A stretch of 64,000 nt of DNA from Spirochaetia bacterium (GCA_038204425.1 JBBRCZ010000007.1:32001-96000), one strand, 5' to 3'. Numbered from the stretch's first letter, positions 37,807 to 48,285 are shown. Notes: generated from the sequence alone by a model not told the origin. Program-made: numbers and translations.

Positions 37807-38835
37807 TTACTGCTGGTCAATATTCGCGAGCAGTGTGGCTTGGTCAAGACTCTCTTTTTTGACACGAGCATTGAGATAGATGGAAACCGAACTTGACAGG
37901 TAAGATGCGCCAAATGGCAAAAGAATAACCGACAAGACTCCTGTAGCAATCCAGACCTGTGTTAACAGCGACTGCATAATTGCCATTGGGTTTTGGGCTG
38001 CTCTAAAATAGTTGCCGCTTACAAACATGGTAGCCAGCGTACCTACCATCAACGCAATAAACACAATCAACGATATTGCGTAAATGAGACCTACGTAGCT
38101 AAAGATAAGTCCGTAGATTTGCCCCAAGCTACCCTTAACCAAGGCAAAACTGCGCTTGAGGGAGGCCTTGATGCCAAGTTTTTCTACCACAAGGGCCGGT
38201 ACCCAAAAAAAGAGTCGTGGCGCAATGATAATTATCCACGTAAAAGAAACTATGGCACCAAAGAACATAAGGGCAAAGGCACCCATCAGGGGCAGCAGCT
38301 TGTCAAACTGCGTACCGCTTGCAAATTCGGTACTCAATAAGTTTGGTGCAACAAACAACAAGGGCACCAAATAAAGAAGCAAGAATGGCCCGACTACAAT
38401 CAGATAGCGCAGACCAGAAAGTCCCAACAAAGGACCTAGGCGCGAGAAGATGGCTTTTAAACTTGCAATTGGACTCAATGGGCTAGCCGTGCTTAGTTTG
38501 GAAACTGACAATGCAAAAAAACCTTCTACTATCACCAAAACAATTAGACCAATTAACGTTAACAACAAACCCCACAATAGGCCTTGGCCCAAGAACCGAT
38601 TTAAAAACATTCCAGCGTCAGGCGCTTCATATGCCGCTGCTTCCAGAGTCTCAGAATCCCAGCCCATTAGTCCCCAGCTCTGAAACATGCTCGTGGCTTG
38701 TCCAATTATCGGCAGAGCTAGTACTGCCATAGCTATGACGAGCACCAAGCTAAAGACGCCAAAATTGCGAAAATACATCGAAAACCCGCGCCCAAAAATC
38801 TTTCCAAACTTAAGTGCTTCTAAATCATACTGCAT
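37807..38835 (-). CDS. Integral membrane protein of unknown function
   Basis: About 6 TM segments; PALVVEKLGIKASLKRSFALVKG motif like GPDPase-membrane-domain relatives; AGGAG SD. Confidence 0.75.
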   Translation of the reverse strand: MQYDLEALKFGKIFGRGFSMYFRNFGVFSLVLVIAMAVLALPIIGQATSMFQSWGLMGWDSETLEAAAYEAPDAGMFLNRFLGQGLLWGLLLTLIGLIVLVIVEGFFALSVSKLSTASPLSPIASLKAIFSRLGPLLGLSGLRYLIVVGPFLLLYLVPLLFVAPNLLSTEFASGTQFDKLLPLMGAFALMFFGAIVSFTWIIIIAPRLFFWVPALVVEKLGIKASLKRSFALVKGSLGQIYGLIFSYVGLIYAISLIVFIALMVGTLATMFVSGNYFRAAQNPMAIMQSLLTQVWIATGVLSVILLPFGASYLSSSVSIYLNARVKKESLDQATLLANIDQQ

Positions 38836-38939
38836 AGATACTCCTATTAATTTCTTGAAAAACTTAATTTATTATGGCAATTTCAAAGGCTTTTGAAATT
38901 CCCTCTTGAGCTAAATATAAACATAACCTTGCCACTTCG

Positions 38940-39491
38940 CTACGTTTTGTTTGCAAGTAAGTACTGTCTAACTTGTTCAAAGGCAAGCCGGCGATGGCTA
39001 AAGCCATTTTTCTCTTCGCTCGACATTTCAGAAAATCGCCTACTATCCCCGTCAGGTATAAATATTCTGTCAAACTGAAAGCCTTCTTTCCCTGCTGGCG
39101 GTACAATTTGACCACAGACTTTGCCTATAAACAACTGGATTTCTTGCCCCGGTTGGGCGATGGCGGCTACCACTTGGGCGTAGGCGCTCTTGTCCGCATA
39201 GGGCGCAAGCATTTGATAGAGACCAGCTATACCGACACTTTCAATAAAATGGCGGATATAGGGACCTGGCAATCCATTCCATGCGTTAAAAATCAGTGAC
39301 GTATCTTCCACTACAACAGCATGACCGGTGAACTGGCACGCAATGCGAGCTTTTTCACTGGCAATAGCTAGTGGCTGACCCTGAAGTTCGGGCAAGTCCA
39401 AGGTGATCTTTCGCACTTCAATGCCCTGCAGGATCTGGCTAACCTCGACAAACTTATCTTGGTTGCCGGTAACAAAATTAATAGAAATCAT
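38940..39491 (-). CDS. Non-canonical purine NTP pyrophosphatase (ITPase/Ham1)
   Basis: VTGN, DLPELQG, EKA, VEDTSL, GLPGPYI, SHR. Confidence 0.93.
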   Translation of the reverse strand: MISINFVTGNQDKFVEVSQILQGIEVRKITLDLPELQGQPLAIASEKARIACQFTGHAVVVEDTSLIFNAWNGLPGPYIRHFIESVGIAGLYQMLAPYADKSAYAQVVAAIAQPGQEIQLFIGKVCGQIVPPAGKEGFQFDRIFIPDGDSRRFSEMSSEEKNGFSHRRLAFEQVRQYLLANKT

Positions 39492-39617
39492 ACTGGCCTC
39501 GACGCTACCACAAATTCTAGATTTTACCTACCTGGCTTTTTAAAAAAACTTGTTCGATTGCCTCTACAAGCATTTGCTGTCTGGCATTATAATGGTTTTA
39601 GTTTGCTTGGAGGCACT

Positions 39618-39953
39618 ATGCTTAAGGAAGAATCCAATCGACGTGGCAAGAAGAGAGTCAAATTAGAACAGCTAATTGAACTGGCTCTCAATCGCGAAAC
39701 TATTTTGTCGGCGCGCGGCTTGGACATCAGCGAAGGCGGCATGCGAGTACTAAGCCCCGCCCTGATTGAGTTTGGCACACGCGTCTTTGTTATGTTTACC
39801 GTCAGATGTGCTTTTGAAGATGACCAGATTGTCAAAGGTGAGGCTATTTCTGTCTATTGCCAAAAAAATGAGTCAGGCTACGCGGTTGGCTTTAAATTTT
39901 TGGATCTAAAACCCACCGAAACAGAGCTTTTAAGCGCATGTCTGGTCGAGTGA
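39618..39953 (+). CDS. Standalone PilZ-domain protein
   Basis: RGKKR (RxxxR) and DISEGG (DxSxxG); GGAGG SD before ATG 39618. Confidence 0.88.
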   Translation: MLKEESNRRGKKRVKLEQLIELALNRETILSARGLDISEGGMRVLSPALIEFGTRVFVMFTVRCAFEDDQIVKGEAISVYCQKNESGYAVGFKFLDLKPTETELLSACLVE

Positions 39954-39994
39954 CAGGCCCACCAGTCAAAACAGGATTCTAAGCCGCACGCTTA

Positions 39995-40585
39995 TCAAAA
40001 TAGAAACCTAAGCCGCGCACTGAGCAAAAAAAACACCCCGGGGTCTTGCCTAAATTGATACTCAGTCACTATCCCTGCTTCTAAGACCATCGGGCCCACT
40101 TTAAATTGCTGGGCCAAGCCTAGTCCGGCCGATAAAAAAAACTGATAGAACTGCAACCAGGTAACTTTGCTAAAAGTCCCCTTAAAGTCGGCTCGCAGCA
40201 AAAAACCATCTTGGCTCTTTAGTGCTAAGGCCAGTCCAGCGTTTGCTGCATCCCAACCTGGTCGGACCACAAACTGCTCTTCGCTTGTTGCTGAGGCGGC
40301 GGCAGTTTGCCAAGCAAGGCTAAGTCCACCCCATAAGGGCTCGCTAATGGCAAAGTCGAGGTCGACTGCCAGGTTATTGGCAACTTGTACAAATCGGTAA
40401 CCATAGGCTTCGCTAAAGGCTAGGCCAAGCGTCTCACTTAACCCGAGCTGCCATTTTTTGTCGGCAGAAGGTGCGGCTTCGGTGTCTTGGGCAAAGTTAT
40501 TGGCACTAGCCAATGACAAAAAGACAAGCAAAAAAATCGGCATCTTGGACCAACCGGCAAAGACGTGCTTGGCTTGTGTTCTCAT
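39995..40585 (-). CDS. Small predicted outer-membrane beta-barrel protein
   Basis: Signal peptide (NFA-Q), alternating amphipathic strands, terminal Phe; ATGA overlap with rrp2. Confidence 0.6.
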   Translation of the reverse strand: MRTQAKHVFAGWSKMPIFLLVFLSLASANNFAQDTEAAPSADKKWQLGLSETLGLAFSEAYGYRFVQVANNLAVDLDFAISEPLWGGLSLAWQTAAASATSEEQFVVRPGWDAANAGLALALKSQDGFLLRADFKGTFSKVTWLQFYQFFLSAGLGLAQQFKVGPMVLEAGIVTEYQFRQDPGVFFLLSARLRFLF

Positions 40586-41940
40586 GTTTCGCCTTCATCT
40601 ATGTTGTATTCGTCGAGTTTGCGATGCAAGGTTTTTCTACCAATGCCCAGCACATCGGCTGCCTTGGATTTGTTGCCGTTCTCTGCCATCAATGTACTCT
40701 TTATAATTTCGCGCTCAGCTTCTGCCATGGTAGATCCGGGTGCGATCCTAATCCAAGCTTCATCATGGCTTTCGGCTATGTGGGGCGGTAAGTCATCTAC
40801 GGTCAAAAACTCGTTGCGAGTCATTACTACGGCAGACTCTATGGTATTGCGCAGTTCGCGAATATTTCCGGGCCATGGGTAGTTAAACAATGCAGTACGG
40901 GCCCTATTGTCAATGCCTTCTATTGATTTGCCGTTTTCTTCGGCAAAGGTTTTGAGAAAGTGCGCCACCAAAAGTGCAATATCTTCCTTTCTCTCTCTAA
41001 GCGGTGGAACATGAATATTGACCACATTTAAACGATAATAAAGATCCTCCCTAAAGTTTCCAGCCTCTATTTCTTTTTTAAGATCGCGATTAGTGGCCGC
41101 AACCACACGCACATCTACTTCAATGGTTTTCTCACCACCCACCCGTTCAAACTTGCGTTCTTGCAAGACACGCAAGATCTTAATTTGAATGTTCTGATTT
41201 ATTTCGCCGATTTCATCGAGAAGCAAAGTGCCCCCAGACGCCAGCTCAAATCTACCTCTTTTTTGAGTATTGGCGCCAGTGAAGGAACCTTTTTCGTGTC
41301 CAAAGAGTTCACTTTCTAAAAGGCTCTCTGTCAGAGCAGCACAATGCACGTTGATCAAGGGCTGGTCGTGGCGTGGCGAAATTTTATGTATTGCTTCGGC
41401 CACCAGCTCCTTGCCCACGCCACTTTCGCCAGTAATCAATACGTTGGCTTTGGTAGGAGCTACTTGCTGGATCATCTCAAAGACCTTGCGCATACCAGCC
41501 GACTTGCCAACCATTACGGTTGCTCGCCGTTGGCTCTCTAACTCCTCGCGTAGTGCGCGATGTTGCAAATACAGTTCGCGATTGGCCAGGGCTCGTTTAC
41601 ACAAAAGTGTCAAACGCTCAAGGTTAACTGGCTTGGTCAAAAAGTCAAAGGCACCATCTCTCATTGCTTGGACAGCGTTGTCTACTGTGCCGTGACCAGT
41701 TAAAATAATGACTGAAACCATAGGATACTGCTGGTTGACTCGCTTGAGAAGTTCTTCGCCTGAGAGCTTGGGCATACGCAAGTCGCAGATCACAAGGTCT
41801 ATCTCCTCAGTTTGCATAAGAACCAAAGCGGCTGCTCCGTCTTGTGCAGTAAAGGTACGATAACCATCCATTTGCAGACTCATAGCAAGGCCTTCGCGGA
41901 TATTCTTTTCGTCGTCAACAACTAGGATGTTAAAAAGCAT
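40582..41940 (-). CDS. rrp2: sigma54-dependent response regulator, Rrp2-like
   Basis: REC (DLRMP), GESGVGKE, ESELFGHEKGSFTGA, WPGNIREL, Fis-type HTH; spirochaete gene order. Start 41940. Confidence 0.9.
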   Translation of the reverse strand: MLFNILVVDDEKNIREGLAMSLQMDGYRTFTAQDGAAALVLMQTEEIDLVICDLRMPKLSGEELLKRVNQQYPMVSVIILTGHGTVDNAVQAMRDGAFDFLTKPVNLERLTLLCKRALANRELYLQHRALREELESQRRATVMVGKSAGMRKVFEMIQQVAPTKANVLITGESGVGKELVAEAIHKISPRHDQPLINVHCAALTESLLESELFGHEKGSFTGANTQKRGRFELASGGTLLLDEIGEINQNIQIKILRVLQERKFERVGGEKTIEVDVRVVAATNRDLKKEIEAGNFREDLYYRLNVVNIHVPPLRERKEDIALLVAHFLKTFAEENGKSIEGIDNRARTALFNYPWPGNIRELRNTIESAVVMTRNEFLTVDDLPPHIAESHDEAWIRIAPGSTMAEAEREIIKSTLMAENGNKSKAADVLGIGRKTLHRKLDEYNIDEGET

Positions 41941-41944
41941 CAAA

Positions 41945-43183
41945 CTACCTCTCGCCTTGCAAACGGACCGTATCTGCTTCGGCTTTTTGCTTGGCGTCAA
42001 GTGCTGACATATGTGCGGACTGAACATCGTCCCAGCACAAAAGCGGTCGCTCTATCTGTCCAAATGGCAGGCTTATCGCAAAACTCGAACCCTTGCCTTC
42101 CTGTGAAAGCACGCTAATATCTCCCCTATGCTCCTTGATAATCTTGTACACAAGAGTCAGACCAATGCCTGATCCAAAATTCTTGGTTGTAAAAAAGGGC
42201 TCAAAAATTTTCTCTTGAATCGCCTTTGACATACCCACCCCGTTGTCACTAATTCGAATCATTGCCTCATTGCCACGCTTACTGGTCGACACTATGAGCC
42301 GACCACCATCTGGCATAGCTGACATGGCATTCTTTATTATATTGAGAATTGCTTGTTTTAGGAACCGTTCGTCCATTGGCAGCAAAGGTAGACGCTCGTC
42401 AAAGTCTTCTGCTACTTCAATCTTAGATGCTTCCAGCTCATATTTAAGAAAATCCAAGAGTTCGTGAGTCAAATTGTTGAGGTTGACAGACTCAAAATGC
42501 AAATCCATAGGGCGCACGGCAATTAAAAAATCCATGACTATACTGTTTAGGCGCTCAACTTCTTCATTGACTACGTTGAGGTGCCTGTCAATGTCTTGCG
42601 CATACTCAAGACTGCTACGGTCAAGTAAGCGCTGAATAAGTTGAATGTGGATGCCGATGCTACCAAGCGGATTCTTGATCTCATGGGCAACCCCGGCGGC
42701 TAGGGTGGTGAGGCTGGCCAAGTTTTCGGCGCGACGCAGCCTGGCCTCTCGCATACGCTTTTCGCTAATGTCGCGGATAAGAATAATACTGCCTTGGATG
42801 CGACCTGACTGGACAAGTGGAATTATGTTAAAGCTAATGATCCGTGGCGCGCCGGCCGCATCGAGTGTAAACTCTTTGTCAGCAATGCTTTCCTGATTAA
42901 TCAAGGTGCGCTCAATCAGTTCTGCTATATCTCTGTCAAGAATAAGCTCCCAAACTTTGTGATCAAAAGTCTCATAAGGAGAGACAGGAACCAAACGCTC
43001 AGTGGCTTTGTTGTAAAAGACCAGATTGTTGAGAACATTGGAAACTATAACTCCGTCGTTGAGAGAATCAAGCACTAAGCTCAATTGCTCCCGCTCACGA
43101 TACAGGTCCTGCACCAAGCTGTGGACTTGGTCAGGATCGAGTTTTCCTATTTTTTTTAAGGCTCTTTGGACAAAACCGCGCAA
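41945..43183 (-). CDS. hk2: Cytoplasmic PAS histidine kinase, Hk2-like
   Basis: PAS domain, AHEIKNPL, DNGVGM, FEPFFTTK, GIGL; no TM segments. Confidence 0.88.
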   Translation of the reverse strand: MRGFVQRALKKIGKLDPDQVHSLVQDLYREREQLSLVLDSLNDGVIVSNVLNNLVFYNKATERLVPVSPYETFDHKVWELILDRDIAELIERTLINQESIADKEFTLDAAGAPRIISFNIIPLVQSGRIQGSIILIRDISEKRMREARLRRAENLASLTTLAAGVAHEIKNPLGSIGIHIQLIQRLLDRSSLEYAQDIDRHLNVVNEEVERLNSIVMDFLIAVRPMDLHFESVNLNNLTHELLDFLKYELEASKIEVAEDFDERLPLLPMDERFLKQAILNIIKNAMSAMPDGGRLIVSTSKRGNEAMIRISDNGVGMSKAIQEKIFEPFFTTKNFGSGIGLTLVYKIIKEHRGDISVLSQEGKGSSFAISLPFGQIERPLLCWDDVQSAHMSALDAKQKAEADTVRLQGER

Positions 43184-44442
43184 GGTCCATCTCCCGCGTG
43201 AGAATATACCGCTTCAATCACGGTTGGGCCAGAAAGATTATAAGAAAGATATTGACGCATACCATCCTTTAGCGTGCGGACTATGCCATGCAGCGTGTCA
43301 GCGGCAGCTTCGATTGATAAAGAACGTCGTCGCAACTGCTCAAGCACGGCCGGATCCTCAAGCCTCATCAGACATTCGATTAACCTTTTGCCCAGTCGCA
43401 AAAAAACATCTTTAAGACTGGTGCGATCCTTGGGCAAAAGCTGTCTAATTTCATCTACATGGGAAGAGCCAAGATCAGACGCCATAAAGCCAAGCCCGGC
43501 GCGACGCAAGACTAGGCCTTCTATTGATTGAGCCAAGTCGTCAGTTCCACCAAAACCCAAGGGGGCGTAGTTTAGAAAAAAATCTGACAGGCTGGTCGTA
43601 GCAGCATCTTTGATCCTAAACAGTCTTTCTAGAATCAACGCTTCATTGGCGCCGCGTGAGAAAAACTCTACTTCACGCAAACGAGAACGAAGGGTTGGTA
43701 TAATTGATTGCGACTGGTCGGAAATCAGGATAAAGTAAACATCTTTGGGTGGTTCTTCCAGGATTTTGAGTAGGCTGTTTCGTGAGGTCTCATTAAGCAT
43801 CTCGGCCGATTCTATAATAATTACCTTTGGCGACTGACTGTCGGCGGTGTGAGCCCAATAGGATAAGTGTCGGATCATGGCTGAGTTAATGCCATCTTGA
43901 GGCAATAAGTCCGTCAAGCTATCGCACATTGGGTAGACAGCTTCAATCAAGCTTTTGCGTTGTTCAGCGTCCAAAGACCCTCGAGTTGGCGCTAAGGCAT
44001 CAAGTGCCTCATCTAGCTTTTCTAGTATCTTAATGGCTTGGGTGTATTTTTTATCATCTTGCCAGAGCATGCCATCAAATCGTCGCACCAGCTTACGCAC
44101 CGCTCTCAAAAACAAAAAGCGCAAAGGTTCTCGGTCTTCGGACATGAGACAAGCACCGCAGGCATGTATTTCTCTATAAAAGTAGCGACTACCAACCATT
44201 ATCACATAGGGACTAAGTAGGTAGCGATTTTGGTTGCATGAAACACAAGTGCACGACCATGGAGCTGTTGGCGTCTTGCAAGAGATAACTCGCGCAAACT
44301 CCGCAGCTGCGCTCAACTTACCGCTGTAAGGCGCACCATAAAAAAGCATACTCTGCGGTACTTTGGAACTAGTAATCAACTGCGACAGATTGTTGACTAC
44401 ACGTTCTTGAAATAAAATATTCTCAAACACTAACCACTCCAT
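43156..44442 (-). CDS. DNA polymerase III delta'-like clamp loader subunit
   Basis: GAPYSGK, Zn finger C..CTCVSC, NSLLKILEEPP, TLRSR. True start may be GTG at 44430. Confidence 0.85.
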   Translation of the reverse strand: MEWLVFENILFQERVVNNLSQLITSSKVPQSMLFYGAPYSGKLSAAAEFARVISCKTPTAPWSCTCVSCNQNRYLLSPYVIMVGSRYFYREIHACGACLMSEDREPLRFLFLRAVRKLVRRFDGMLWQDDKKYTQAIKILEKLDEALDALAPTRGSLDAEQRKSLIEAVYPMCDSLTDLLPQDGINSAMIRHLSYWAHTADSQSPKVIIIESAEMLNETSRNSLLKILEEPPKDVYFILISDQSQSIIPTLRSRLREVEFFSRGANEALILERLFRIKDAATTSLSDFFLNYAPLGFGGTDDLAQSIEGLVLRRAGLGFMASDLGSSHVDEIRQLLPKDRTSLKDVFLRLGKRLIECLMRLEDPAVLEQLRRRSLSIEAAADTLHGIVRTLKDGMRQYLSYNLSGPTVIEAVYSHAGDGPCAVLSKEP

Positions 44443-44929
44443 CCACTAGGGCGTGAGCATCTGCCAAAAAAGGAGAAAGCAGTGTCCAAGTCCAAGAATC
44501 TGTCATAAAACTCTTAATTTCGGGATTGGGCAAGAGGCTTACTACAACGATCAGGATAAAAACCAGAAGCAAACCTTCAACTATTCCAAGAAAAAACCCA
44601 AGAAAGTGGTCAAGAATAGTCAGATTAAATCCTTCTACGATAGTCGTCAATGCATTGCGCAAAAGCAAGACCAGTAGGAAAACCACGGCAAAAATTACCA
44701 CAAAAGCCAAGACTTGATTAAAGACGGAAGGCCCCCACCACGACTCAATAAGACCCGCCAAAAGCCCAGAGAAGGCCATACCGGCGAGTGCGCCGCCGAG
44801 CAAAGTGGCGACAGCTAAAAACTCGCGCACAAAACCACGTAGAGCCGCACGTAAGGCAAAGATGGCTATTATAATCAAAGTAACTGTGTCTAAAGCGCCA
44901 ATTCCTTGGCTTACGACGGCCGTCTCCAT
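44423..44929 (-). CDS. cvpA: CvpA family membrane protein
   Basis: RGFVRE, LDHFLGFFLGIVEG. Confidence 0.9.
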   Translation of the reverse strand: METAVVSQGIGALDTVTLIIIAIFALRAALRGFVREFLAVATLLGGALAGMAFSGLLAGLIESWWGPSVFNQVLAFVVIFAVVFLLVLLLRNALTTIVEGFNLTILDHFLGFFLGIVEGLLLVFILIVVVSLLPNPEIKSFMTDSWTWTLLSPFLADAHALVDGVVSV

Positions 44930-44932
44930 TGC

Positions 44933-47188
44933 TTATCTCCCTTTGCCTTCCATGAACCATGCCATAGCCACTGCTCCGAGCAAGGCTAGTACTGCGATGA
45001 CCACAATTGTCGTACCGATTTCTAAGAAAAGCACCAAGCCTGCGGCTATAAGCGGCACTATCGCTGCATTTAATCGCTCAAGCAATTGAAAAACGGGCAT
45101 CGATTCTAGGTTATTTCTAGAAGACCACGTAGGATAGGCAAAAAGAGCCTTGGTACTCAAGCCGTCTCCAAGCAGCGCGCTCAGACCGACGCACAAAACC
45201 GCCAATGCAATCGTTAGATTGTCCGGACTAAAAATCATGGCAAGCAAAGAAATACCGCACAAAAGATAGGCAGCCATCAAGAAGATACGTTCCTGTCGAT
45301 AGCCTTCCAAACGACGTCTAACAATGGGACCTGCCATAGTAATCAAAGCGTATATGCTTAGAACACGAGCGATCAAAGCAAAATTAAGGCCAAGTCCGGT
45401 CATATAGACAGGAAAAATAAAGTAAAAGACCCCTGCGCTTGCCAACTGCAAGGGTAGCATAAGTCCGAGCAGTAACAACACCGCTGCTAGGCCTGATTTT
45501 CTCTTACCCCGTGCAAAGACTTGATCTCTTATGCCAATCAAATGCAAGCGCGTGCCGGCAAGTGGTCTCAAGACTATCAACAAGACATACAGGACGCCCA
45601 TGGCGATTGTCGAAACCTGAAGTACCTGGCCGGGGCTAAATCTTGAATAGGCTAGCACACCCATGCAAAGCCCAACAACTAGTCCAGACGAGAATCCAGT
45701 GCTAATTTGTCGTCTCCACAAGGTTCTAAGTCGTTCTGCAGCAGAATTGTCGCCTTCTTCTACGCCGTTTAGAGCCACGATTCCGCCATGAGCTAATCCG
45801 GCGATCAGGCGTGACAGCCCCAAAAGCAATCCGTTTTGATAGCCCAACATACAAACGAAGGTGCCAATAAACGCTGCAAGTAAAGTGATTTCGGTGGCAC
45901 GTTGAGCGTTGCTCAAGGCAGTCAGGCGTCGCATTAGCAAGCCCCCACCTGCAACCCCTACGAGATACAAACTCACCATACCCAAGCTTGCTTGTTCATT
46001 GGTCCAAGAAACCCCAAATGAGACAAAATTGACCACAAAAAAGAAGAAAACCAGCCCTCTCATTACTAAGAAACTGCGTACTTTGGGCGCCATTGAACGC
46101 TGCTTGGCCGCCCAGGTTAGAAGAAAACGTTCAGAAAATCTCCTAAATACTACTAAATGCAATTCTAGTGCGATGAGTATCGAAATTAGCACCAGGCTAA
46201 GTAGACCCAAAATCAATCCACTTTGATCTGCAAACTGCCGATCAGCTTGCAGATCAACAGCCAAGTAAGCGACGGCAGCGCCGTCAATGCTTAGCTCTTT
46301 GACTATAGATTTTGCATCATTGTGGAAGACTTGGCGCTCGATCGGTAAAGTTGAATCTGAACTAAAAAGAATTCGCTTATCGGGATCCAAAACATAGACA
46401 AGGGTTGAATCTGCGGCTTCTCCCAAACGTAAGGCAAAATCCTTGTCGGCGCCAAACCACTCGGACGGCAAGATGCCGTAGTCTAAGAGTTTCTGATAGG
46501 TCTCAGAAATCCTTTGGACAATGAACTGCTTGTTGCTGTTTTGAACCAAAGTAAGATCTGTTTGCATGGCGACCAGCACCAACACAGCAAAAACCAATTG
46601 GCCAACCACGATGGCGCCAACTAAACTACGCCTACGCTTTTTCTGGCCAATTGAAGGCCATAGCCACAAAAAGACACAGCTCACCACAATAATTACCAGC
46701 ACCGCACTTGCAGTATGTATGGCAAACAGCTGCTTGAGTATTGTGTTTTGCTCAATTAAAAACGCTGCTTCTAAAGTTCCGCCACCTGCAAGTTTAAGTG
46801 CTATGATCTGCTCCGGCGCCTGTACTGGCGCTTCAGATTGTACTGCGTCTTTGATTGCCCTTGGGTCAATAAATTCTTGCTGGGCTTTTTCGTCTTGGTC
46901 AAAAAGGCTAAGTTTGGCCAAACCGGGCTCTAAATACTTAATTTGCAAAAAAAGTCCGGTCAAGTCGCTTTTTTCTCTATTCTTGAGCCGCGCTTGTGCA
47001 GAAAAATCGAGGTCCTCAAGCGCCGATGAAACGGCAAACTTGAGCCGAATTGCGGACACTCGCTCAATTTCTGTCCAGTAAACCGACTGAACCATAAACA
47101 TCTGACTAACTAGACCCGCCGCCAGCACAAAAAATCCAAAGAGCAAGGCAACAGATCGACTTTTGAGCTCTTGCTTCTTTTCAGTCAT
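44933..47188 (-). CDS. Large membrane protein: two extracytoplasmic sensor-like segments fused to a diverged MFS-like domain
   Basis: TM, soluble region, TM pair, soluble region, then about 12 TM helices with SRLIAGLAHG. Confidence 0.65.
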   Translation of the reverse strand: MTEKKQELKSRSVALLFGFFVLAAGLVSQMFMVQSVYWTEIERVSAIRLKFAVSSALEDLDFSAQARLKNREKSDLTGLFLQIKYLEPGLAKLSLFDQDEKAQQEFIDPRAIKDAVQSEAPVQAPEQIIALKLAGGGTLEAAFLIEQNTILKQLFAIHTASAVLVIIVVSCVFLWLWPSIGQKKRRRSLVGAIVVGQLVFAVLVLVAMQTDLTLVQNSNKQFIVQRISETYQKLLDYGILPSEWFGADKDFALRLGEAADSTLVYVLDPDKRILFSSDSTLPIERQVFHNDAKSIVKELSIDGAAVAYLAVDLQADRQFADQSGLILGLLSLVLISILIALELHLVVFRRFSERFLLTWAAKQRSMAPKVRSFLVMRGLVFFFFVVNFVSFGVSWTNEQASLGMVSLYLVGVAGGGLLMRRLTALSNAQRATEITLLAAFIGTFVCMLGYQNGLLLGLSRLIAGLAHGGIVALNGVEEGDNSAAERLRTLWRRQISTGFSSGLVVGLCMGVLAYSRFSPGQVLQVSTIAMGVLYVLLIVLRPLAGTRLHLIGIRDQVFARGKRKSGLAAVLLLLGLMLPLQLASAGVFYFIFPVYMTGLGLNFALIARVLSIYALITMAGPIVRRRLEGYRQERIFLMAAYLLCGISLLAMIFSPDNLTIALAVLCVGLSALLGDGLSTKALFAYPTWSSRNNLESMPVFQLLERLNAAIVPLIAAGLVLFLEIGTTIVVIAVLALLGAVAMAWFMEGKGR

Positions 47189-48285
47189 GGCTGCGCCACC
47201 GTTCTTTTACTGCTTGGTCGCGGTAGAGTCTCCCGTAAGCCAATAACACTTTCGGCCGCAAGAATAAACGTTATAGGGGTCTTTACATCACAAAGACGCA
47301 GGTTGTTGAGATTTATCGAAAAACGCCAGTCTACGTCGCCAGAAAACGCGGCTTGAAAACGGTCGTTTTCTATGCCAATCTTTTCCAAAAGGTCGCCTGC
47401 ATGGAGCACCTTAAGCTCATGTTTGGAGCCAATGCGTATAGACGCTGCTGCGCCAAAATAAAGTAGTTCTGTTTGGTTAAAGGCGAACACAGGCTTTTTT
47501 GCTGACAAAAGCACTTGACTTAAGAGCTTAGCCGACGGCAACCATTTGTCGGTGTCTATCAAGAGGTAGGCGTCACTCTCAAAAGCCGCGCTATTTTTGA
47601 TTAGAAGCTCGGGGCCGAGATCGCTATGGTCACGATCCGAGCTTACGATAGCGATAGTGGGCAGGGCAAGGGATTGCTTGAGATGGTCAACTATGTTTTG
47701 GCTGGAGCGAAAAAGCACGTCATTATAGTTTTGCTTGTTGGCACTTTCTGTGACCTCAAAAATAGGTGGCAGTGCACGAGGTGTTGTGGTTTTAAGCAGG
47801 TCTGCGTCGCCAAGAACCAACAAGGCATCGAGCTCTTGGCGCTGGTTTGTACAGCGCTTCAAGAAGCTAGACAAAGCCAAGGGCTCTGAGCTTAAGTCCA
47901 GATAATATAATTGACTAAAGACCAACTGGGGTCCACGTTCTATGCTCGTACCGGCCGCTTCAAAGAGTGTTTGGCTAAGTGTTTTATAGTTGCTCATTGG
48001 AAGCGAATAGTGATCAAAAGCAAAGTAACCAAGCTCTCCCAAACCAAACAAAAGGTTTTGTAATGCCTCAAAGGCCACTTGGTCTGAGTCTGCCTTTATC
48101 AGCGCAAATCTTAGCGGTCTTTTTGGCACCTTCTGATCAATAAAAGATTTCTCAGTGGGCAGGGTTGAGCCTTGCACAGAGGCCTGTTGAGTTTCAAAAC
48201 ACGCACCCAAAAAAAGACATGCCACGGATAAAGTCGCTAGGTTGATACCTGCCCAGCCGACAGGTGCCAACGCTCGTAGTCCCAT
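47185..48285 (-). CDS. Diverged ABC-type substrate-binding-like lipoprotein
   Basis: Lipobox FLGAC; C-terminal SINLNNLRLCDVKTPITFILAAESV resembles the ABC_sub_bind tail. TAATG overlap with the murG stop gives start 48285. Confidence 0.55.
   Translation of the reverse strand: MGLRALAPVGWAGINLATLSVACLFLGACFETQQASVQGSTLPTEKSFIDQKVPKRPLRFALIKADSDQVAFEALQNLLFGLGELGYFAFDHYSLPMSNYKTLSQTLFEAAGTSIERGPQLVFSQLYYLDLSSEPLALSSFLKRCTNQRQELDALLVLGDADLLKTTTPRALPPIFEVTESANKQNYNDVLFRSSQNIVDHLKQSLALPTIAIVSSDRDHSDLGPELLIKNSAAFESDAYLLIDTDKWLPSAKLLSQVLLSAKKPVFAFNQTELLYFGAAASIRIGSKHELKVLHAGDLLEKIGIENDRFQAAFSGDVDWRFSINLNNLRLCDVKTPITFILAAESVIGLRETLPRPSSKRTVAQP

Noticed and set aside
41272..41289. GSFTGA instead of GAFTGA in the Rrp2-like protein
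   Set aside because: A common functional variant among sigma54 activators.
46566..47081. 171-aa plus-strand ORF
   Set aside because: Antisense to the membrane protein gene, with composition typical of a shadow frame.
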